Source: an uncultured Solirubrobacteraceae bacterium (lineage in GTDB: Bacteria; Actinomycetota; Thermoleophilia; Solirubrobacterales; Solirubrobacteraceae). From it: DNA of 64,000 nucleotides. Positions within the stretch are counted from its first letter, which is position 1, and each line of letters begins with the position of its first letter. Where the stretch lies: contig CAWHMQ010000002.1 in assembly GCA_963830595.1 (NCBI GenBank), positions 16,864 through 80,863 of the forward strand, read 5' to 3'. The notes under the pieces were generated by a model. The model saw only the letters and a program-made list of their open reading frames with translations. It ran no database searches and was not told the DNA's origin. The translations under genes were made by a program, and so were the position numbers. Of this stretch, positions 57,457 to 64,000 are shown in pieces.

Positions 57457-57475
57457 GACCTCAACCCGTGAGGTC
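57457..57475. terminator. Short hairpin GACCTCA-ACCCG-TGAGGTC between convergent DUF2294 and DUF899 genes
   Basis: Perfect 7-bp stem with a 5-nt loop, 9 nt after the DUF2294 stop. There is no U-tract. Confidence 0.35.
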
Positions 57476-57503
57476 AGACTCGGGTGATCAGCCCGGGGGG
57501 TGA

Positions 57504-58241
57504 TCAGGCCGGGTATTCGTCCTTGCGCCAGGCGCGGGGCTCCTCGGACTCAGCCTTCGGTGTTCGCTCGAGCAGGAACGAGTGGTACGGCGCGACGAAT
57601 CGATCGGGCGCCATCACGGTGTAGGTGTGGTAGACGCTTCCGTTCTCGCGCGCGAAGGCGATGAAGCTCGGACCCTCGCGCAGGCCATCCTGGAGCTTGG
57701 CTCCGACCTGCCGCCCCCAGTCCTCGAGCCAGCCGGGGGGGTTGTCGATCATCGCCTTGACCTCGGGGATCCCCTGTGCCTGCTCGGGGGTGAGCGCGAG
57801 CCCGAAGTCAAACGGAAACTCCGTCCCATAGGTCGAGACGTAGGGGAACTGCCAACCCATCCGCTGCTTGTAGGCGATGAGCCGATCGATCGGCGCGCGT
57901 GAGAAGCAGATCAGAGTCACGTCGCGGTGGTTCAGGTGTACGCGCGTGGCGTCGAGCTCATCCCCCAGGTTCGAGCAGCCGGGGCAGGCGCCAAGCTCAT
58001 AATCGGGCCCGAACATGATGTTGTAGGCCAGGAGCTGCGAGCGCCCGTCGAACAGCTCAGCGAGTGTCTTCTTCCCGTCCTCCGTGTCGAACTGGTACTC
58101 AGTCTGCACCGCCACCCACGGAAGCTGACGCCGCTGCTCGGTCACCTTCTGGCCGAGCTTGGCGTGCTCGGCCTCGAGCTTTGCTAGTTCACCGCGAGCC
58201 GCCTGCCATTCCTCGCGCGTTCCAGTCTTGTGCTCGGCCAC
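57504..58241 (-). CDS. DUF899 thioredoxin-like protein
   Basis: 245 aa. EWQAARGELAKLEAEHAKL, GKKTLAELFDGRSQLLAYNIMFGP and CPGCS are all present. Confidence 0.85.
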   Translation of the reverse strand: MAEHKTGTREEWQAARGELAKLEAEHAKLGQKVTEQRRQLPWVAVQTEYQFDTEDGKKTLAELFDGRSQLLAYNIMFGPDYELGACPGCSNLGDELDATRVHLNHRDVTLICFSRAPIDRLIAYKQRMGWQFPYVSTYGTEFPFDFGLALTPEQAQGIPEVKAMIDNPPGWLEDWGRQVGAKLQDGLREGPSFIAFARENGSVYHTYTVMAPDRFVAPYHSFLLERTPKAESEEPRAWRKDEYPA

Positions 58242-58649
58242 CGGTACCTCCTTTGTCGTTCGTCACGCCGGCGTGGGCGGTAGTCATGAATCGTCGTCGG
58301 CCGCCTGTCGACGCCCTAGGTTAAGACCGGCAGCGCTCGCCGAACTCATCGCTCTCGGAGAATCCTCGGCCTGCCTTGAACGCGCGCGACCGCGGCCCGA
58401 ATGGTGAGCTTTCTCGCCGCTCGGGCCGCAGCACCCCAACCGCACGCCTGCGCCCTTATGCTCCGGATATTAGGTCACCGTTAAGCGGAAAGCAAGTAAT
58501 TCATCGTACGAGCTGTTCGGCTTCTCGAGGCTGCCTTCCCGCAGTCACATCGAGCACGGGCCCGGACGGCACGGACGCCTCCAACTCACAACATCCTGCC
58601 GCGTGACCTGAGGGCACTAAAGGGCGCGCTCTGGCCCCTCTGAAGACCA

Positions 58650-58695
58650 TGGACGATCCAGGACTCGAACCTGGGACCTCTTCCTTATCAGAGAC
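58650..58695 (-). other. 3' half of a tRNA (anticodon-loop-like CTGATAA through T-arm and acceptor 3' strand); no matching 5' half. Candidate att-site remnant.
   Basis: The minus strand reads CTGATAAGGAAGAGGTC-CCAGG-TTCGAGT-CCTGG-ATCGTCC-A. This is a perfect T stem-loop plus a 7-nt acceptor strand. The upstream sequence provides no D-arm and no partner for the anticodon stem GGAAG. Confidence 0.6.
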
Positions 58696-58798
58696 CCCCA
58701 GCCGCGAAACGGGCGACCCTGCGCGTCCGCCTGAGGACGCTTCTGGCCTGCGAATGCGGTTGTTTGATCCCGATCGGTCGGGTCAGTGGTGAAGGTTC

Positions 58799-59600
58799 AT
58801 GGCGCTGATGAACGGGCGAAGCCCGGTCGACGGCAGCGTGCTGCGTTCCGTGGCGCGTTGTTCGACGGTCGCGGCGCTGGCCTACCTGGAGCGTGAAGCG
58901 TGCTGGACGCGGCGCGGGCACGGCGGCGCCGAGCGGGTCCGCGGTGAGGGCCTGGTCGCGGCCGCCTATCGGCATCGGATGTCGCGCGCGGGTGACCCGC
59001 AGCTGCACATGCATGTGGTGGTCGCCAACCTGACCCGCGCGCAGGGCCGGTATACGGCGCTTGACGCCCACCGCCTTACGAGCACAAGTCGGCCGCAGGA
59101 GCGGTCTATAGAGCGGTGCTCCGCGCCGAGGTTTGTGAATGGCTGGCGTGGGTGTCGTGGCGGACGGCGGGGCGGGGGCTGTTTGAGATCGCCGGTGTCC
59201 CAGACGGGGTGCTGCGCCATTTCTCACAGCGTCGGCTGGAGATCGAAGACCGGGCGGCCGCGCTCGCGGACGCTGGCGCTGGCGAGCTGTCGCGCGAGCG
59301 GATGCAGGGGATCGCGCTCGCGACCCGCCGCGCCAAGCAGTACGGGGTCAACGGATCTACTTGGAGCGAGCAGGCCCGCGCCCGGCGGCCGAGCATGGGT
59401 TCGGCCCCCGCGAGCTTGCGCGGCTTGTTGCCGCCCGGCCAGTGGCGCAGCGCGCAATTGAAAGCTGACGTCGTCAGCGCGGTCATCGAGCGGCTGTCCG
59501 GCCCGAGGGGATTGACAGCGAACCACAACACGTTCGCGCGGCGCCACGTGCTCGCCGAGGTCGCCGGGGAGCGCCGCGTCCGACCGGCACGGCTCCATTG
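58799..59600 (+). pseudogene. MobF (TrwC/TraA-like) conjugative relaxase remnant: 5'-truncated, frameshifted, lacking the helicase domain
   Basis: Frame 1 (58799-~59100) reads LAYLEREACWTRRGHGG...AAYRHRMSRAGDPQLHMHVVVANLT, the relaxase His triad motif. Frame 2 (from ~59116) continues with WRTAGRGLFEIAGVPDGVLRHFSQRRLEIE...ATRRAK and LTANHNTFARRHVLAEVAGE. The N-terminal Tyr motif is absent and no P-loop domain follows. Confidence 0.7.
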
Positions 59601-59823
59601 GGTCGTCGCTGTCTTAGCCTCAAACCACCGATCGCTGGCGTGGGTGGCGAGGATTTCGCTTGGTTTGCTCTGGTGTGGGCTGCCTCGGGACAGTCGCGGT
59701 GGCTCTGGATGGGTTTTCACGGTTCGTGCGTTCACGCTGGGTGCGTGCCACGAATTCCGGACAGGGGTTGTCATCGCGGTGCCGTGGAGGTGTCGGTTCG
59801 TCGTCGCGGGACCGCAGCAGCGA

Positions 59824-60069
59824 TCAGGTGCGGGCGGGGAGCGCGCGGATCGCGTCGAGCTCGGTGGTGAAGTCGGTCTGCCAGGGCCACTGGGTGGGCA
59901 TCCTGAGTGTCCAGATGCGGCTGCTGCGGGTGAGACGAGCCCCGGTCCGCACCGAACCTGGTTCCGATATGCGAATACGTTCACCATGCCGGGAGGCGCG
60001 CTGAGCGCCGCAGTGGCCCGGCTCGTGAGCGAAACCCTCTCCCAGCGAGAGGCGAACCACTCGCTCCAC
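59824..60069 (-). pseudogene. C-terminal remnant of an IS1380-family-like transposase
   Basis: The minus-strand ORF ends in GARLTRSSRIWTLRMPTQWPWQTDFTTELDAIRALPA. This resembles the conserved IS1380 transposase C-terminus (RxWxLRLPxxWPWxxxFxxALxRLRALP) as I recall it. No DDE domain lies upstream. Confidence 0.4.
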
Positions 60070-60304
60070 AGGCTCAAGCAGCTCATCGAAGCTGCTTGAC
60101 GCAGCCGAGGTTCGCGGAAGCTGACGTGGATCCTTGACAAGAGATCATCCGATCCGCGTGATGCCGGTCAGCCGAACCAGTCGTAGGCTCGGGATCCCAC
60201 CGAACTAAAGAGCGACTTTGTATGCGAGGTCGCGGCCCGGATCAGCCGTGTTGGCGACACCCGGGACGGGAGCAGCAAACGATAGGAGAAGGAGGAAGGG
60301 AACT

Positions 60305-60856
60305 ATGCCGACTGTGGAGTGCATCGAGAACTGGCGGGGGCAGGACGTGCTGGATGCCACCGGCGAGAAGGCCGGGTCTCTTGGAGAGGTCTACTACGAC
60401 AACGCTGCGCAGGAACCGATTCTGCTCTCGATCAAGCACGGAATGCTCGGGCGCCAGGTGACCTTGGTTCCGGCCGCTGAGGCCGTGCTGAGCCGCGACT
60501 ACGTTCGGGTTCCCTACAGCGTCGACCAGATCAATCACGCCCAGAGCGGGCAGGTCGACGACGAGCTGGGCCCAGAACAGGTCGCCGCCGTCGGCGATCT
60601 GTTCAAGTTGACGCTGACGTCAAGCGGCCCGCTTCGCAGCTCGGGCCTGATCGAGCGCCGGCGCGTGGAAGCCGAGAAGGCCAACCAGCGCGCGCACGAA
60701 CTGCAGGTCGACGCAGAGCAGCGTGCCCAGGAGCTCGAGGATGCACGCAGGCGCGCCGGCGCGGCAGCTGAGGAAGCCAAGCTCGCTGAGCGCGAGCGGG
60801 AGAAGGCCGAGGCGGCGGCGCTCGAGAGCAGCCACCCATCACCTCCGGGACCGTAG
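60305..60856 (+). CDS. PRC-barrel domain protein with C-terminal charged coiled-coil
   Basis: The ATG is preceded by AGGAGAAGGAGGAAGGG. WRGQDVLDATGEKAGSLGEVYYD...LLSIKHGMLGRQVTLVPAAEA is PRC-barrel-like. A Glu/Arg/Ala-rich helix follows. Confidence 0.72.
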   Translation: MPTVECIENWRGQDVLDATGEKAGSLGEVYYDNAAQEPILLSIKHGMLGRQVTLVPAAEAVLSRDYVRVPYSVDQINHAQSGQVDDELGPEQVAAVGDLFKLTLTSSGPLRSSGLIERRRVEAEKANQRAHELQVDAEQRAQELEDARRRAGAAAEEAKLAEREREKAEAAALESSHPSPPGP

Positions 60857-60930
60857 ACCGTCCATCGCCAGCGGATATCTCATTGATGGAAGGGGCCTTG
60901 ATGGGCGTTTGAGACAGAGGTCCTGACAAG

Positions 60931-61461
60931 TTGGAACGCACCGCGCGGCATCCGACGCTGGGCCGGGGCTATCTCGAGTGCGCGTACGTGCCGATGATCG
61001 AGTTACTCGGCTACCTGAAGGAGAACGGGTTCGCGAACTACATCGCCTCGGGGGGCGGTCGGGACTTCATGCGTCCGATCAGCCAGGACGTTTACGGCAT
61101 CCCGCGTGAGCGGGTCATCGGCAGCGCAAGCACGCTCCTGTACACGAGCAACGGCCAGGCCGGCACGATCACCCACAGCGCCGAGGCCGACTATCTCGAC
61201 GATGGCCCGCAGAAGCCAGTCCGGATCTGGAGCCGCATCGGCCGCCGCCCGCTCCTCGCTGCCGGAAATTCCAACGGCGACATCCCGATGCTCGAGTTCT
61301 CCCAGCATCAGGACAGGCCGTTCCTCAACCTGCTCGTTCTCCACGACGATGGCGAGCGCGAATTCGACTACACGAGCGGGGCCGAGCAAGCACTTCAGAG
61401 GGCCGACAGGCACGGCTGGACAGTCGTCAGCATCAAGAACGACTGGGCGACCGTCATGTGA
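60931..61461 (+). pseudogene. HAD-IB-like hydrolase lacking the N-terminal catalytic motif I (truncated)
   Basis: Motif II/III-like NYIASGGGRDFMRPI and motif IV AAGNSNGDIPML are present. The DxDxT nucleophile motif and about 100 N-terminal residues are absent. The ORF begins at a TTG only 75 nt after the preceding gene. Confidence 0.55.
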
Positions 61462-61525
61462 TCTGCGCCGGCGCCAGATGGATGCGACATCGACTCCGGG
61501 TGGGATGCAGCGGCGAGCTCCTCGG

Positions 61526-62263
61526 TCAGGATGGCGGTCCAGGAAGACCGATGAGCTGCACGGCGGACAGGACGAGCAACACCGAGGCGGTTCCGATCAG
61601 GGCGTAGCGCGCCCCGCGGATCGGGAAGTGGCTGCCGATGCCGACCAGGAACAACACGGCCGCCAGGAAGACCGTGAGGCGCACGTACTTGTCCGCCGTC
61701 CCCGCGGCGGACTGGCCTTCGGTGAAATCGGCGTCGGCCTGAGAGTTCAGCGCCCGCGCCTGGGTCTGCTGTGGAATGTGATACTGGGGCATGTAGGACG
61801 GGTCCGGCGGCGCGTGGGGGTTCTTGAGGGGATGCGTGGCCAGCCACGCCTCGACCGCCGGGCGGTAGCCGGGGCGCAACCGTTTGAGCGCGAGCCGGAA
61901 CAGCCTGGGATCGTGGGTCGCGTAGGCGGTGAATGCGGCGTTGAACGACACCGAGTCCAGAGTTCTGATCTGCAGAGCCTCGATGCCGGCAAGGTTGGCC
62001 TTGGTTCGAGTCGACGAAGCTTTCGCCAGCGAGAGTGAGGAATCCGTGCCCCACTTGGCCGCCGAGTAACCCGACCAGGCGGCCATCAGGGCCACGATCG
62101 ACAGCAGGACCGCCTCGGCGATCGAGATCAGCCGGTCGCGCTCGGCGTGGTCCTCCGCAGAGTGCTCGCGATGCTCTGCGATCTCCTTGCCGACCTCGGT
62201 TGCGGAAAGACCCTCGGGCACCCGACATCCAAGGTTCGCCGCCCCGTCGGCCGGGCGCATCAT
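61526..62263 (-). CDS. Hypothetical membrane protein (DUF4337-like topology: one TM near the N-terminus, two at the C-terminus)
   Basis: 245 aa. LISIAEAVLLSIVALMAAWSGYSAAKW and the C-terminal RLTVFLAAVLFLVGIGSHF...ALIGTASVLLVLSAVQLIGL are the hydrophobic segments. The family assignment is weak. Confidence 0.5.
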   Translation of the reverse strand: MMRPADGAANLGCRVPEGLSATEVGKEIAEHREHSAEDHAERDRLISIAEAVLLSIVALMAAWSGYSAAKWGTDSSLSLAKASSTRTKANLAGIEALQIRTLDSVSFNAAFTAYATHDPRLFRLALKRLRPGYRPAVEAWLATHPLKNPHAPPDPSYMPQYHIPQQTQARALNSQADADFTEGQSAAGTADKYVRLTVFLAAVLFLVGIGSHFPIRGARYALIGTASVLLVLSAVQLIGLPGPPS

Positions 62264-62613
62264 CCGAACCGGATGAGCCGCAGCGGCCTCGTTGACCGAG
62301 GCAATCGTGGTGTTGATCGCCGTAGATGGCCCAGCGCACGCCCTTGCGCAGCCACAACCTGGCCTTACAATGCGCGACCGGCGGTGCTACGGTCCGCTTT
62401 GGGTGACCGCCACGCCGGGATCGAGGTCGTGGTCGCCCCGGAGAGCGGAGCCGGGCTCGCCGCCGGGTGTTGGCTAACGGCCTTGAACAGGTGCCACCAG
62501 AGATCGAAAATCGCCCCCGTGTGACCGAGGGAACCCGACGCTCTGCCCGGAGTTGCGCAGAGTAGTGACACGTTCGTGCTGTCGATCTCGAGCCGGCCGG
62601 TAGGGATGAGCTC

Positions 62614-64000
62614 GTGACTGGACTCGCAGAGTCGGCGGCGCCCGCCGAATCGATGGTGCCCGCCGAAGCGATGGCATCCGCGGAATCGATGGTGTCCAGT
62701 CTTCCTGATAGTGCGCCGGTCCTGGCGCGGTTGGCGTTCCCGGCGATGGCGAGTCTGCTGACGACGGTCGCCGTTCTCGCAGCGATGCTGGTGAGCGCCC
62801 CCACGAAGACGAGGGATGTCGTCGTTCCCGTGCTCGTGCTCGGCGCCGGCGCCGTGGTTGGCCTAGGCCTGTCGGATCTGGCGTGGCAGCGGCATGTTCG
62901 CTTCGCGGGCGCGCTCATCGTCGCCGGCGTGTTCTGGTCACTTTCCGCCTTGACGGCGTCGAGCAACTCGGCACTTTCCAGCGTCGGGCACGTTTCCCAA
63001 TGGGTGGTCGAGCTGCCGATCATCTACGTGCTGCTCGCCTACCCGTCGGGACGGCTGCTGGAAAGATCCGAGCGTGCGCTGGTCGCTGCCGGAGCACTGC
63101 TCCTGGGGCTGCTGTATGTGCCGACGGCGCTGATCGCCTATCACTTCCCGCAACCCTCGCAATGGGCGCTGTGCACCTCTGCCTGTCCGCACAACGCGTT
63201 CGCGATCGGGCATTCCACCCCGGCGCTGGTGGCGGACGTCGTGGTCCCGGTCCGCGAGGCGCTGACGGTCGCCCTGTTCGCGGCCGTCGCTCTGGCGGTG
63301 AGACGGCGCTGGCGCGGCGCGGGACCGCTCCAGGGACAGCTGTACGCGCCGATCGCCTGGATCGCCGCGCTCGTAGTGGTCATCTGGTTGCTCTACTTCT
63401 CGATCCGGGGCGCCGCTCCGGGATCGTGGGCCTTGCCCATCTTGAGCTGGGTCAACGTGCTCTTGCTGCCTGCCGTCGCCCTGGCGTGCATCGCGGGCCG
63501 GCTGTATCAGCGCATCTTCGCCGCAAGTGCGCTGGACCGCATGGCCCGCAGCGTGAGAACCAGCGCGACCGTGGGTGACATACGACACGGGATGGTGGAT
63601 GCGCTTGAAGATCCCTCACTGCGGATCTTCCACTCGTTCCCGGGCGACTTCGGGACCTGGGTCGACGAGTCAGGCTCGCCCGTCGCCCTCGCACAAGCCG
63701 CGGCTGGACAGGAGGTCACCGAGCTCGTCAGCGGCAGCTGGCGGATCGCGGTCGTGCACGATCCGGCGCTCGCCGAGGACCCGTCTCTGATGCGGACCGC
63801 CGCGTCCTACGCACTTGCGGCGCTCGAGAACGATCGCCTCAGCGGCGAGTTGCGCTCGTCGCTGCTGGAACTGGAGCGAGCCCGAGGCCAGCGCATCGCC
63901 GCCGAAGCCCGGGCGCGCGAGAAGATCGAGCGCGACCTCCACGACGGCGCCCAGCAACGCCTGGTCGCGATGCGTATGAAGCTGGGGCTGGCCGCAGAGC
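62614..64000 (+). CDS. Sensor histidine kinase, HisKA_3 (NarL-partner) type, with polytopic N-terminal domain; 3' end outside the window
   Basis: Not in the ORF track because it has no stop in the window. The frame is open from stops at ~62563-62568 to 64000. It has about 6 TM helices (e.g. VVELPIIYVLLAYPSGRLL) and then the H-box EKIERDLHDGAQQRLVAM. The start is GTG ~62614 or one of the ATGs at ~62653/62671/62689. Confidence 0.8.
   Translation, partial: MTGLAESAAPAESMVPAEAMASAESMVSSLPDSAPVLARLAFPAMASLLTTVAVLAAMLVSAPTKTRDVVVPVLVLGAGAVVGLGLSDLAWQRHVRFAGALIVAGVFWSLSALTASSNSALSSVGHVSQWVVELPIIYVLLAYPSGRLLERSERALVAAGALLLGLLYVPTALIAYHFPQPSQWALCTSACPHNAFAIGHSTPALVADVVVPVREALTVALFAAVALAVRRRWRGAGPLQGQLYAPIAWIAALVVVIWLLYFSIRGAAPGSWALPILSWVNVLLLPAVALACIAGRLYQRIFAASALDRMARSVRTSATVGDIRHGMVDALEDPSLRIFHSFPGDFGTWVDESGSPVALAQAAAGQEVTELVSGSWRIAVVHDPALAEDPSLMRTAASYALAALENDRLSGELRSSLLELERARGQRIAAEARAREKIERDLHDGAQQRLVAMRMKLGLAAE
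62644..62697. repeat. 3 x 18-bp tandem repeat encoding AESMVP/AEAMAS/AESMVS
   Basis: GCCGAATCGATGGTGCCC / GCCGAAGCGATGGCATCC / GCGGAATCGATGGTGTCC at the 5' end of the partial sensor kinase. Each unit carries an in-frame ATG. Confidence 0.8.

Noticed and set aside
58650-58730. A complete tRNA gene on the minus strand.
   Set aside because: The candidate 5' acceptor strand GGACGCG pairs at only 5 of 7 positions. Only ~8 nt are available where a D-arm is needed. The anticodon stem has no 5' partner. Alternative folds need an 8-nt loop or a 22-nt variable arm. It is reported only as a 3' fragment.
59106-60140. 344-aa minus-strand ORF spanning the relaxase remnant.
   Set aside because: Its translation is Ser/Arg/Pro/Ala-rich with no motifs. 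It is antisense to recognisable relaxase segments. Only its distinct neighbour frame (59824..60069) carries a transposase-like tail.

Overview
High-GC (about 70% or more by eye) chromosomal segment of an Actinomycetota-like bacterium. It is densely coding, with many 4-nt stop/start overlaps (ATGA, GTGA) and frequent GTG/TTG starts. I support about 60 protein genes, no rRNA and no intact tRNA. Coordinates I counted by hand rather than took from the ORF track (repeats, palindromes, the tRNA piece, the two edge genes) may be off by 1-2 nt.

Gene content by region:
- 1-8.9 kb: one co-directional minus-strand array, tatC-tatA-hepT-menG-qcrC-qcrB-qcrA-ORF180-hemL-ahbAB-hemB. It joins Tat export, menaquinone synthesis, a Firmicute-style b6c-type menaquinol:cytochrome c reductase and heme synthesis, including a fused AhbA/AhbB-like siroheme decarboxylase.
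- 9.8-18.8 kb: ABC-2 exporter, AI-2E transporter, YmdB-like phosphoesterase, and an envelope glycosylation operon (DUF4126, AlkP-like, GtrA, GT-C glycosyltransferase).
- 18.9-27.4 kb: aminotransferase-ddl pair, then a CGNR zinc-finger protein coupled to a 1004-aa double-FtsX permease and a twin-NBD ABC ATPase.
- 27.4-41.6 kb: MmpL/TetR pair, MaoC, LysR, a sigma-70 factor behind an AT-rich palindromic leader, ClC channel, pyrH, MFS, nucleoside deoxyribosyltransferase, a 751-aa surface protein and DUF2254.
- 41.6-51 kb: minus-strand string HK-RR-HNH-SF2 helicase-beta-propeller lipoprotein, divergent from a lipoprotein/PG-binding adaptor/MacB-like ABC operon.
- 51-58 kb: dehydrogenase, MFS-MarR fusion, nitronate monooxygenase, tautomerase, STAS, DUF2294 and DUF899.
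- 58.6-61.5 kb: decayed mobile-element remnants (tRNA 3' half, frameshifted MobF relaxase, IS1380-like transposase tail, truncated HAD gene).
- Two genes missing from the ORF track run off the window edges: tatC at the start and a HisKA_3 sensor kinase at the end.

Best candidates for something new: the HNH/SF2-helicase pair (43.2-45.2 kb), the CGNR-FtsX2-NBD2 operon (22.0-27.4 kb), and the fused AhbAB-like gene inside the hem/qcr supraoperon. None can be proven novel from sequence alone.
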